Positions 1 through 11,500 of a stretch of DNA of 64,000 nucleotides are shown here, piece by piece. The notes below the pieces were generated by a model. It ran no database searches. It was not told the origin of the DNA and saw only the letters and a list, made by a program, of their open reading frames with translations. Source of the stretch: Vicugna vicugna (Eukaryota). How positions within the stretch are numbered: the first letter of the stretch is position 1; each line of letters starts with the position of its first letter. Position numbers and translations under genes: made by a program. The DNA is taken from the NCBI GenBank assembly GCA_013265495.1, contig MU057377.1, positions 526,939 to 590,938 of the forward strand, in the 5' to 3' direction.

Positions 1-379
1 CAGGTAAGCTGCCATCATTATTATCTGACACCTACAAGTAAAATTAAAACCAAGACGTTATTCGTCAAGGGCAATGCCTGTCAGAACCATCACTGACGAG
101 TCACTGGGATCTCAGGTTTCGCCGGTTGATCTAGTTTTGCCCCCAGTATCCCGCGGTAAGAACCTGCCTGTAAAACTACCGCGGCCCGGCTGGGCTCAGT
201 CACTGAGGTCAGCACGTTCCCACTCCCTGTACATTTAATTGTCCGCATTTCCCCCCCTTCGGCCCCAGGAAACGCGGGGGGGAAGCTCGGGAACGTAACC
301 CCGGGCCGGAACTTGCGGGAAGAGGGAGGAGTGAGCCCATTCTGCCTACTTAACGGTTTTACCTAAGGCTGTCCCGGCA

Positions 380-1030
380 ACCGCAGTGACTGCTGCGTTT
401 ACTGTGGAAGTGCTGTTACTCTCTTCCCTTCAACCGACAGGTTCACAAACCAGCAGCGAGGTTCAAGTCTAAGCCCGGGTCTCAGGGGCACCGAGACCTG
501 CCGCCATTCTCGCCTGCTGCGCAGAGAGCGACGCGCGGCGTCGGCACGTTTAAATAAGGCGCCGTCGTCTGATTGGCTAGGCGAATGCCTGCTGATTGGT
601 CCCCCGCGGATGTGGGCGGGCCCTGACGCGCCCATTGGCCGAGGCGGGAAGTTTAAACGGAGCGCAGTGCCTCCGCCGTCCGCTCCTGAACTGGAGTTTG
701 CGATTCTGTGGGGCCGCCGCTTCCCCGGGGTCCCGGCCTCCCGACAAGAAAGGGGGCAAGTGCGCTCCAGGTCTCCGCGGCTCCCCCGAGGGGACGCGGT
801 CGGCGTTCCTGTAGGTGCCGCTCGAAGCAGCCTGGCAGGGCCCGAGGCCGCCATGGCGACCTGGCGTCGGGGGCGCGGCTGCTGGGAGCGGAGCCCGCCC
901 GAGCGGAGGCCGCCGGCGGGGCTGCGGGGCCGCCGGGCCGAGGAGGAGGCGGCGTCCCCACCGGTCCTGTCCCTCAGCCACTTCCGCAGGTCGCCCTTCC
1001 TCTGCTTCGGGGACGCTGCCTGTGGTCCAT
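380..1030 (+). promoter_or_regulatory. CpG island; ASPM-type cell-cycle promoter (orphan copy)
   Basis: Very CpG-dense. ATTGG (inverted CCAAT/NF-Y) at 572-576, 595-599 and 634-638; GC box GGGCGGG 614-620; CDE GGCGG 643-647, a 4-nt spacer, then CHR-type TTTAAA 652-657. Directly followed by ASPM exon-1-like coding sequence. Confidence 0.85.
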
Positions 1031-1032
1031 AA
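853..1032 (+). pseudogene. ASPM: Truncated duplicate of ASPM exon 1 (59-aa ORF; ASPM similarity ends near 1015)
   Basis: GCCGCCATGG Kozak at 853 encodes [54 protein letters not shown], matching the ASPM N-terminus (human [55 protein letters not shown], from memory), then unrelated AACGP and TAA. No exon-1 donor or exon 2 follows. Opposite strand to the intact ASPM in this window. Confidence 0.9.
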
Positions 1033-1699
1033 ACAGCTGTGTATGGTGGTTTATGGTTTCTGCTGTAAAACAAAACTTTAACTAGGTTTTGCTTTCCCTC
1101 TGCTTCAGGTTTGTGTGCTGATTCCACTCAACGTACCAAACCACTAAGTCAGTACGTACAAAAGTGATGTTTACTTTTTACAGATTCCTTTAAACTCTGT
1201 TGCCTTGTTTAATCACAACAAACTCACGGGGTCATTGTCCACATTTGCAGAGAAGGCAACACTGTCAAAGGGTCTGTGTCCGATGGGTCAGGGCTAGGCA
1301 AGGCAGCAGGCAGGTTCACGTCCTGAGTCTTCTGTGTGTCTCTTTTCTCATCTGTAACCTGGAACTCGTGCCAATGGCAGCAGTGCAGGGTGCTCAAATG
1401 AGAGAGCTTCAGGCAGAGGTCTTGACTCTGTGTCACGGATAAATGTTCTTCTCCCAATTTTTAATAGGAAATATGCTTAGGGGATATAAACATTTATGCA
1501 TGGTTTTAGTCCTGGCAGTTAACAACTGGGATCCCATCCAGGTCTTGTGGTTTGAAATGCCATGCACTTTCCCTTATACTGTTATAGGCACGTGGCGTGA
1601 TTCTTTCCTAAAGACGTCTGTCTGGAGGATGAGGGGAAAATTAGAAGAAGAAGAAGATGCTTCATCAAACAGCCCCTAAGGGTCTAGGGTTCTCTGAGG

Positions 1700-1890
1700 A
1701 GACAATGCTTGTCAAACTTAAGAGTGCATCAGAACCACCTGGAGGGCTGGCTAACCTGCTTTTGAGGCTCCACCCCCAGACTTTCTCAGGCCTTAGGCAT
1801 AGACTAGGGCTACAGTTTGCATTTCTAAGAAGTCCCAGGTGATGCCTGAGCTACTGGGTCCAGGGACCACCTTTGGAAAATCACTGTAGT
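1700..1890. mobile_element. MER5-type hAT-Charlie DNA transposon relic
   Basis: Motifs caaactt..gtgcatcagaaccacctggaggg, ttgcatttctaagaagtcccaggtgatgc, gggaccacctttggaaaatcactg typical of MER5A/B. Boundaries approximate. Confidence 0.6.
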
Positions 1891-3890
1891 GGAAAAGAAA
1901 TATTAGAATATCCCTTGAGTGAAACACCTCCCCCACCCTTGGTGAATGAGCATGTCACAGTGACAAACAGCATTTGTCTGAGATGAGGGCAACCACTTGC
2001 ATCAGACTTGTCTGGACTGCTTGTTAATTAAATCAGGGAAATTTCTACTCACCACTGCAGAATTACTAACGTGAATTTCTGGGGCTAAGTACAGAAAACT
2101 GCATGTCACACAGGTTTTATGTACAAAGATAACAGCTCAAGAACCACAGAGCTTTACTAGGTAAAGTGTTATATTTGCCACAGAGAGAGAGAAATTCACT
2201 ATTAGTATAAAAATGAATCTACAGGATTCATGAATCTAGGCCTAAAAAGGAATGAACGTCAGGAGACCTATGTTTTGTGGAGCAGGGTTATTGGGTAAAC
2301 TATCCGAGGAAAAATTTTAAGTGAAATTTGGGGTTTCTTTTAATCTTCTAAACATTTTTTTAATTGGATAGTATTGGTGTGTTAGAATCTCCATATGATG
2401 GTTGTAGTGTATGGGGTTGGTTGGTTTGTTTTTGAACAGAATAACTTGAGTCTTTTTGAGGACATTCAGTTAAAATCGCCACCCACCCTACTGAATCGGG
2501 TTGAGCTCCGTGGTGTTTGCTCCCTGACTGCAGCTGAAACCAGCCATTCGAGGGCCCCGCTGCAGCATCCCTCCTGGGGAGGGCTCAGGGCAGGGTCTGG
2601 GGTCTTTGCTTCTCACAAACCCCTCGAGTGAGCTCTGCAGCCCGTGCTGGGAACAACTCAGGTAGATGCTGTGTATCACAGGCTCCTTGGTGCCAGTTGT
2701 GGAAATAGAAGCTCCTGCTACAGACGAGTACGGGCTGTAACGTGAATTTCCCTTCTTAAGAAAATAAGTCTCCTGTCTTCTGTCTGCAATGAGTTTGATG
2801 CTGTTTTGATGTGACTGAAAGACTTGGCTGAAGTTGCCCTGGCTCTTCCCAGGCTCCTTCGCAGCCAGGTTTCTGGAAGTTGTGTCATTGCATGTATGGC
2901 CACAAGGTGGCGGGCCAGCTCCATCTGACAACAAGCAGCTTCATTTGACTGGCTACCCCTGTCACTTTCTGATGTGTCACTAGTAAAAGTGTGTCACCTT
3001 TCTGTAAACCATGACCACAGAATCTTAGGACTAGATGGAAATGTGAGAGAGCATCTTGTTTATTGATTGTCATCCTGAGGTTCATTCTTTAAAAACGCTC
3101 TAGAAATTTTTTGAGTCAAGTGTATGTGTCGTTTGGCATGGCTGCCTAAAATCTCACAAACTTAAATGTGATCATGTACGTATGTATAAGAGTAGAATTA
3201 TACCTTATTTAAGTTAACTTATTTCATGTAAGTGATTTTCCTTTTTTGCTACTGTTTTCTCTCCATGAAATTTTATTTACTGCCTCTATTTGACTAGCAG
3301 TGACCTCAGTTGTTTTTCACATGCATTTCCAGAGAACAGCTTAATTTCCTGAACTGACTGTTGTCATACAATCCTTTGTGAGTTGGCCTAGAGGTAAGCA
3401 CCCCATTCAGATTTTGAAAATAGATACCTTTTTTTGTTATATATTTTTAAAAGACTATTTAATAAAATATGGTTTCACTATAAAGGCATTTGGGTAGCTT
3501 GATCTTTCAGTATGAAATTTAAGATCCTTTAACAAATGCTTATTGGGTTAATAGACCATGTTGTTGTATGTTATTGCCATTTTTTTATGTAGCAATTTTC
3601 CTGTCAGTTTCTTAGATAAATATAATTTGGTACTGGATATAATAACAAGTAGAGTAAGCTCTTTTCTGAATATTTACGAATGACGATTCTAGGCTGTTTT
3701 AAATATATTTTCTAATTTAAACCTGTATAAAACCCAGTCAGGTGTGTGTCATTATTTCCACTTCACAGGCAGAACAGGGGCTTAGATGTTAAGTGACTTG
3801 CTGAATGCCAGTGACTGGTCAGGATTTGAATTACACCGGTCTGATGCCATTGCAACCATTTTGATGGAACCCTGCTCATTAAAACATCAT

Positions 3891-4020
3891 GGTGGGTAGA
3901 GGGCACAGCTCAGTGGTAGAGCGCAGCCTAGCATGCATGAGGTCCTGGGTTCAATCCCCAGTGCCTCCATTAAATGAATAAATAAACAAACAAACCTAAT
4001 TACCACTTTCCCCCATAAAA
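3891..4020 (+). mobile_element. tRNA-derived SINE (camelid Vic-1-like)
   Basis: A box (agctcagtggtagagcg) and B box (gggttcaatcccc), then an aataaataaacaaacaaacctaattacc tail. The same family recurs three more times in the window. Confidence 0.8.
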
Positions 4021-4529
4021 GTCATCGGAATTTGAGTTGTTCACACGGTGCACAGTCCAATAATATTTAGAATGTTAAAACTAATTGAATTAGAATACCA
4101 CTAGGAGGTGACTGTTTAAAAATATGCTTTTATTAAAAATCCTCACTGTTTTCATTTCCTTTAGTCTCTTCCTGGTATACTCATATTTTCTTTAGGCTTT
4201 TTACCTTTATCATGTCAGAAAATCTGATGGTCCTCCGGTAGAGAATGTTCTCGGGACTCTGCAGCAGGCTGGACAGAGAACACAGGATGTATCTGAGGTG
4301 CGTGGAATAAAACCAGGCAGAACTGACCTCTGCTGCTAGAAGTTGTGTTTACCCTGGGGGTGGGTGCACCAAGGCCATGGCTTCAGGCAGGATGGGTAGG
4401 GTGTATCCTACTTCTCCTTTGGATGCTGATTTCATAGATTTGTTCAGTTTGTGAGAATCCCTTGATCTGTGCATTCATGGCACATGTGCTTCTCTCTTCA
4501 TATGTTGCATTTTAATAAAAGTTCCCAAA

Positions 4530-4757
4530 TTGGGAGTTTGAGATTTACATATGTTAGCCACCAAAGATAAAAATAGATTTAAGAAATAAAAAAAAAATGT
4601 CCTCTGTATAGCACAGGGAACTATGTTCTATCTTGTAATAACCTTTAATGAAAAAGAACATGAAAAGGAATATACGCATGTATACGCATGACTGAGATAC
4701 TGTGCTGGGCACTAGAAAGTGACACATCGTAACTACTTCAACTTAAAAAAAAAAAGA
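4530..4757 (+). mobile_element. LINE-1 3' end fragment (cetartiodactyl type)
   Basis: tgggagtttgagattt...tgtatagcacagggaactat...aaagtgacaca...tacttcaa + A tail; same motif set as 27445, 31040 and 61471. Confidence 0.75.
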
Positions 4758-5229
4758 AATGATAGTAGTTCCCAGATCACAGTATTATTTTGTAGTTTAA
4801 ACTAAAACCCATTAGCATGTAAACTCCATGAAGGCCATCACTGGAATCTATTTTTTCACCTCTGTATACCCAAGATTAGAACATGTCCTGGTGCCTACTG
4901 GACGCTGAAAACATTTTACATAAATGATAATTTAGCACACCACTTATCTCATCGGCTATCATGGCATACAAGCCTCTCACCGGCAGACACTGCCATCAAT
5001 AGTATTACTGAAAGTACTCCATCACTGCTCGGGACAATCGCCTTTCCCTTTCTCAGTGCAGTCTAGACTGCACCGAATGTTAATATCAGGGACCCATTAT
5101 CTCACGTACCTAAGGTCATCCTTTCATTTGATCGATGGTGGTGAAGAAATCAATGGCCACAAGTGAACTTCACTCTCTGACCTTACAACAGGGAATTCAA
5201 GTTGAAAACGTGCCCTGTTTTTTATGCAG

Positions 5230-5504
5230 CCTGAGTTAATGATTTGTGCTGCTCTTACTGTCGCCCTGACCGCTTAGTGTGTTCTTCGTGGACGGTGGCA
5301 TGAAAAGTAATGTCAGTTAACACAACTGTGTATTTTCAGTATTCTTCTAAACTATTTTAAATGAAATGCAAGGCTTGTTACAAAGGGACTTAGACAGATG
5401 TCGTAAATAATTAACTTTTTTTTTCAGGAGAAGTACTGTGTACTTAACAAGGGGTCCCTGGTGCTGTAGCACTGGTAACACCTGTATTAAGCACACCGCT
5501 GAAG
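5230..5504 (+). promoter_or_regulatory. F13B liver-type proximal promoter with HNF1-like sites
   Basis: GTAAATAATTAAC at 5403-5415 (near-consensus HNF1 GTTAATNATTAAC) and GTTAATGATTTGT at 5235-5247, upstream of the F13B ATG. Confidence 0.55.
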
Positions 5505-5568
5505 ATGGGATCAAAAGACTTGGCTGTTATTATCCTATTAATCATCTCAGGAGAACTCTATGCAGAAG
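5505..5568 (+). CDS. F13B: F13B exon 1 (signal peptide)
   Basis: ATG 5505; MGSKDLAVIILLIISGELYAE; donor G|gtaaaa. Confidence 0.95.
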
Positions 5569-8500
5569 GTAAAACGAAGTTTTTAATATTCTTTATTCCC
5601 TAAAAATTATCAAGAGAAATTCTAACATTCATTTCTCTTGAGCATTTAATATAGTCTTTCGTTTACATATACCAATTTTATTAAGAACATATTTCTTATA
5701 AACATAATTTGTTGTAATATTTAGACAGGATTTTTTTCTTTGGGGAATATTACTAAACTATTTGCAGAGTAATATAACTTTGAAAACCAAAACAAGACAA
5801 AAAGAAAAATGAAACACCTTTTGCATGTCTAGTTTTGAGGGCATAGGAAACCAGGATCCACATACTTTAAAGAATTTTCAGGCTAAGAGTGCCAACACTT
5901 GGAAGTTGTATGTTAACCTTAATTCTAATTTCAGACTAGAATCCATTCCTAACAGTGCAAAGCTTGTACAATTTTAATTCTTGTTCTTAAAGTGAGTTAA
6001 TGTGGTAAATTTGAAAAAGAAATAACCGTAAATCATCAACAAGATTTTTGACTCTTGACACCTTGATTTTTATCCTAATTTATTCTTTGGTTGAAGACAT
6101 TAAGTAGTGAATAGTAGGAGAACCATAGGGTTGATTGTATCAACAAAGACACTTCTAAGAGTGGGAACGGGCTTTGTCAATACTCGTGTGGGAAAACGGG
6201 TAAATCAGGACTGTCCAGACAAGCGATACCTGTGGCCTCCCGTGCTGTGGAAGGCTTCACGGGTGGACTGCCTAGTGTGTGAGATGACTGTGTGAGTGAG
6301 GCCAGCTGGTGGTTACTTAGGAACAGTTAGTGGTGTTCTTGGTCTTCATGGATAAGAAACCAGGCAGGTCAGTGGGTGTCAGCAAAAGGCTCACCCCAAA
6401 TAGGAAACCACAGCAATAAGGCTCTTTTAAAATACTTTAGGGAATCTGTTGAAATAAAATACCTTACAAATTATAATCGTCTTTTAATTGAATAATTTAC
6501 TATAAATTTTCTACCAAAAAGGCCCTGAAATTGAAATTATGAAACTGAAATGAATAGCATTCATCTTAACTGACATATTTACTTCTACGATAAGAGAACT
6601 TTTGCATGAACAGTTTCTCTTGATTTTATTTTTCTGTTTAAATAGGGAAAAAGCAGCTAATACAACTGTCTATTATCTATACCATGAAAACATTGCAATA
6701 TTCTGGCTGATTTTCTAATTATTATGTGGATATGATATTAATGTTATATTCTTTACATTATATGTTATATTATTATACACATTAATATTATATTAAGAAT
6801 GTATATAATATAAGGAATGTAATATATAATGTAACGAATGTACTCTTCTTTCACACAAACAAAACGTGTCAGCTTCCTGAAGACAGGGACCACCATCTCT
6901 TATGCCCATGCTTTCCCCACCCTCATCGGGAAACTTAGGGGCCAGACTGAGTTAATTGTACTTCTCATTTCATACAGTCATCACTGGCCTATGAACGGTG
7001 TCACTTTTGCTTTTTTGATACATTTTCCCTCTTTATTCCAAACCCTGAATTCCATTTCTCGGAGGACCCATTTGGAGCCACTATAACGTGTTTGATCTAT
7101 CCTTAAATGTGCAAATATCTTTGTAAACTATGTCTGTGTTTTATATATTCTCATGAACAGAAGCTTGCCGTAGATTTTACCCCCTTACTGTTTCCATTTA
7201 CTTTTATTATATAAACATGTTTCCCTGCTGCTGAATCTAGTTTGTTGCTCTCGGTGTTATGTCGTGTTGTAGTGTTTCATGTATTTGCTTACCCACTCTC
7301 CTAATGGTGGCCACAGAGTTCCCTCGAATTTCCTCCTAACTACGAGCAACTCAGAAATGAATGCTGTCCTGTCATCACCTTATTTCACTGTGACACTTTT
7401 TCTGGCCAGTATCTACTCCTTTGTGGGACAATGGCTCAATTCTTTTTCTTGATTTCCTGATTTATATCAGATTAGCATTTTTCTCTGCCTTCTGCTTCTA
7501 AATAGTTGATTTGTGGGAGCTTTGCAGATTATACATTTTAACTTCCTGTCAGTTTTAGACATTGCAGTTTTTTTCTTCCTAACTGTGATGTGTGTGTTTT
7601 GTGAACAATGATTTTCATGGAAAGAAATCCTTAATTTTAATTTAATCAGATTCAACAATTTTGCCTTACAGTTTCTGTTCCCTGCCTCCCCCCATGCACG
7701 TCTGAATCAGACAGTGTGAATGGTGCCTTTGTAATTGTGCACATGGAGACCTTGGTGTCATAAACTTGGAATTTTCAAAGTTTATATTCTAGTGTGCCAA
7801 TTCGCCTACAACCATTCTGCAACTTCCCACATTTAATGGGGCTGTTTGCAGTAAGTAGCATGTTTCCATGCTTAGAGCTTCTACTTATTTCTTCTTTATC
7901 TCACCAGCACCTTCCTGTGTCTAGTTAAGGATATTCACTATGCAAATTTGAAATCCTTGATCCTGTTTTATTGCTTGTGCTCCATTGGGCATTGATTGTC
8001 CATTTGGCTGACTTTCTTTTGTTGTGGTTCAGCTCCTCCTGTTTCTCATTATGTTTTTCTTATAAATTCACCTTCCCCAAGACATATCTGCCACTTGGAC
8101 AGGTAACGAGCCTTCCTGGGGCAGGACGTGCCGCTGGACAGAGAGTCTTTGAAGCCACCACCTAGGATTGGCCCTTGTTTGCTCCCCTACCCCTTCTGTG
8201 TTCACCAGAGCACTGCTAGTTCTGAAGGGTCTTGGTTGTAAACCGTGGTGGTCTGGGTATGGAAAATGCCGAGAATCCTCAGGGTCGGGGGTGCCCCTGC
8301 ACATGCTCATGATCTGCTCTGCCCCTCCATCAGATTCTGGAGGGTTCTGTTATCCATAACTCCTTGCCCACGTCCCCCAGCCCTGCGCTGGCACTGCTGT
8401 TATTTTTTGTCTCCTGGGTAGCAGGAAGGTTGACTGTGACCCCCAAGGCATTGCAGGCAGGGGAGTCCCCGCTGCCCAGCCCTTCTTCCCCACACCTCTG

Positions 8501-11500
8501 TGCCCTCCCAGCCCAGCTCCGAGGAACTGCTCCAGGGTTTGTTTCTTTTAAGTGTTTTTATGATTTTTAAGGTCTCCATCGTTAAGGATGGATTTTTTTT
8601 TAAATAAATGTCTTATTTGGAGTATAATGTACACAGAAAAGTGCAAAAATATTGCAAAAATCGTAAGATCCCCTTCTGTAAATGGTTATGAAATCTTCCC
8701 GCACCCAGATCAATATATAGAACATTAATTAGCCAGAACCCAGGAGCCTCTTAAATTCTCCTCTAAGGATAATGCCCAAGTCGCCATCCTGACTTCTCTG
8801 ATCACGGACGACTTGGCCGCAGGGTGATGTGCCCACGGTTAGGTGGAAGGAAGCTTCCAAAGGGATGCTCTCAGGACTCAGGGCTGACGGGTCTTCCAGA
8901 ACAGGGGCGGTGCTGCCAAAGCCCAGCTCACCAGAGAGCAGGGGGAAGCCTGCCCCTCACCCCCTGAGCCGGAACACATTCCCAGAAAGAGGGCAGGAGC
9001 CTCAGGAGAGCTGCGGACTGGCCTGGGCCGACGCCCTCCCTGTGGCATCCTCCTCTTCATCCTGGCCAAGGGGCAGAGGACGGGAGGAGGGCCGTCTGCA
9101 GGGGACGCAGGCTCCGCAGACCACGTGCCCACAGCGTGGGCGGGGATGAGCGCCAAGGGTGGGGGTCAGGGCCTCCCCTCTGCCCACCTCCTGAGGCTGG
9201 GTGCGGGGTGCTGGCCCGAGGAACAGGCGACCTGCCCCCGCCTGGCCTGACTGCCGCCTCCAGAATCTACAGTCCTCGGCCTTTGGCCTCGATTCTGGTC
9301 CTTGCCTCTCAGGTCACCGAGGGCGCGTGGAGCCCAGGCCGCTGCCAGCCCAGCCCCTCCTGAGAAGCCAACCAAAGGCAAATAAAGTTATTGCATGTTT
9401 GAGTGGAGAGAAGAAAAAAAGAAAAGATCCAGCAGAGTTTCGCAGCGGGTCTGCCGTGCCGCGCAGGAGGGGCTCCGTTAGGTCAGCGTCCTCTGGGAAA
9501 GTCCTGCCCACAGCCCTGGGCACCGGGTCTTCCTCCCAGAGCCCACCCCCCACCCCGCCCACCGGGTCCTGCGTCTGCGTGGAGACGGGGGTAGGTGCAC
9601 AGCCTGCCCAACAGCGTCAGGCCCTACGGTCCACCGCCGACCAGCGGCAGCCTCGGCTCCATCACCCGCGGGCTGACTCCGGCTCCCGCCCGGCTCCGCT
9701 CGGCCGGCACAGCTCTCGGACCGCCCAGGGCATCACCAGAGGCCGAGTGGTACCAGCGGCTGGCTGGTAGTGCTGCCCACATCCTCGCTGGAGGAGGCCT
9801 TGCTGATTCCTCCTCCCATGAACGGGTTTCATGTTGCTCTGTGGTGTGGCCGGAGCCTTGAGGCATCAGAAGGGACTTCTCTGTGGTTCCCCTGGGCCCT
9901 GTCTGCTGCTGCCTGGGCACCCACATCCGGGCCCCGGCGGTGCTTCTGAGCAGCTGTGGTCAGAAGCACTGTCATCTCTGCTGGCCTAGGAGCCAGTCCA
10001 TCTCCTGCCCCATCCTGGGGCTCCTCCTTCAAACCACAGCCAAGTTCAGCCCAGCCGGAGCCACCCCACACCCAGCGTCCCCAGCTGGGTGCCTGGAGAT
10101 GGGGGTTAGGGGGGGTGAAACAGGTGAAGGGGGTCAAAAGGTACAAACTTCCGCTTATAAGTAAGTCCTGGATCTGTAATGCATAGCATGTTGACGATAG
10201 TTAATGATACTGTATCACATCGTTGAAAGTTGCTAAGAGAGTAGATTGTAAAAGTTCTCAGAATAAGAAAACAGAACTTGTAACTATATGTAGTGATGAA
10301 TGTCAACTAGACTTAATGGTGGTGATCGTTTCCAGTATATACAAATATTGAATCATTATGTCATATGCCTGAAACTAGTATAAAGGTCTATGTGAATTAG
10401 ATCTCAGTTTACAAATCACACATTTACTCATATGTGACTGGCTTCACTCAGTCGTGTGTCTGTGAGATCTGCCCTCAGCATCCACCATCCCTGTTGCTGT
10501 GCGGTACCTGCCATGTGCACAGTCTGAGGTGCGTTTATTTTCTGCTGTCGCTTGGCTGCTATGTCTGGCTGCACAGATCTGGTTTGTGCATATTCTGCTT
10601 TGACAAAAACTGCCCAACTGTTTTCTCGTTGAGATGTTGCACCAGTTCACACTGACTTGCAGTGGTCTGAGAGTTCCCTCTTCTCTGTGTGTTCACCAGC
10701 CACTGAGGGAGTCTCTGTTTTCCGTGTCAGTCATTTCAGTGGATGTGCGGACTACCTCACAGTCATTTAAACTTGCATCTCCCAGGTGACTGGTAAGGCT
10801 GAGCCTTCCTTACTAGATTTCTGACCACTTCAATGTGAAGTTCTCCCTCGAGTCTTTTAATTATTTTTTAATTGGTTGTCCGTCTTTTTCTTAAAAAGCA
10901 AAACAAAACAAAAGCCATTCATTTCAAAATCTGCAACTTCAAATATCTTAAGGAGAACCTCATCTATTCTAGAATTCTGTCCAATACTGGTGGCCACTAG
11001 TCACATGTGGCTCTTGAAATGCGGCTAGTCCAAATTGGGATGTGCTGTGTCAATGCACACTGGAGTTCAGACTTAGAAAGAAAAATACTTTTAATATATT
11101 GGGTCAAATAAAACCTGTTAGAAAAATTAACTTCAGCTGTTCCTTTGATTCATGTGGCTTCTAGAAATTTTAAAATTACACACGTGGCTTGTTATATTTC
11201 TATTAGAAAGTGCTGTTTGACAAAATCAGGAAAAGCTTCTCTGAGGAAGCAGCCTGCCCAGACTTATCTGACAGTTTAGTGCTCGGGTTGGTGGCAGATT
11301 AATTCTGATGGAAAAGGATTGTCACAAGCATGCTTTAAATATTTAGGTAATAAAAATAAGTACTGAAGTACATGCAAACACATGGAATTTTCAAATGTAT
11401 TGTGGCTTGATCACAAACTGTATGGTTTTAAATGTAGTTTTCAGTCTTCAGCTTGACATTTACTCATTTCAGAGAAACCCTGTGGTTTTCCGAGTGTGGA

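Noticed and set aside
399..1127. 242-aa and other overlapping ORFs across the CpG island
   Set aside because: Stop-poor GC-rich sequence yields ORFs in all frames; only the + frame from 853 has recognisable (ASPM) similarity.
3901..3970. tRNA-like sequence
   Set aside because: It is the head of a SINE present in four copies with a SINE tail, not a tRNA gene.
1033..5400. Further ASPM exons (exon 2 onward) after the orphan exon 1
   Set aside because: Looked for PKEKIVISVNWTP-type coding sequence and found none by eye.
8829..10186. Cluster of ORFs up to 189 aa in F13B intron 1
   Set aside because: Low-complexity translations of GC-rich DNA with no recognisable domain or exon structure.
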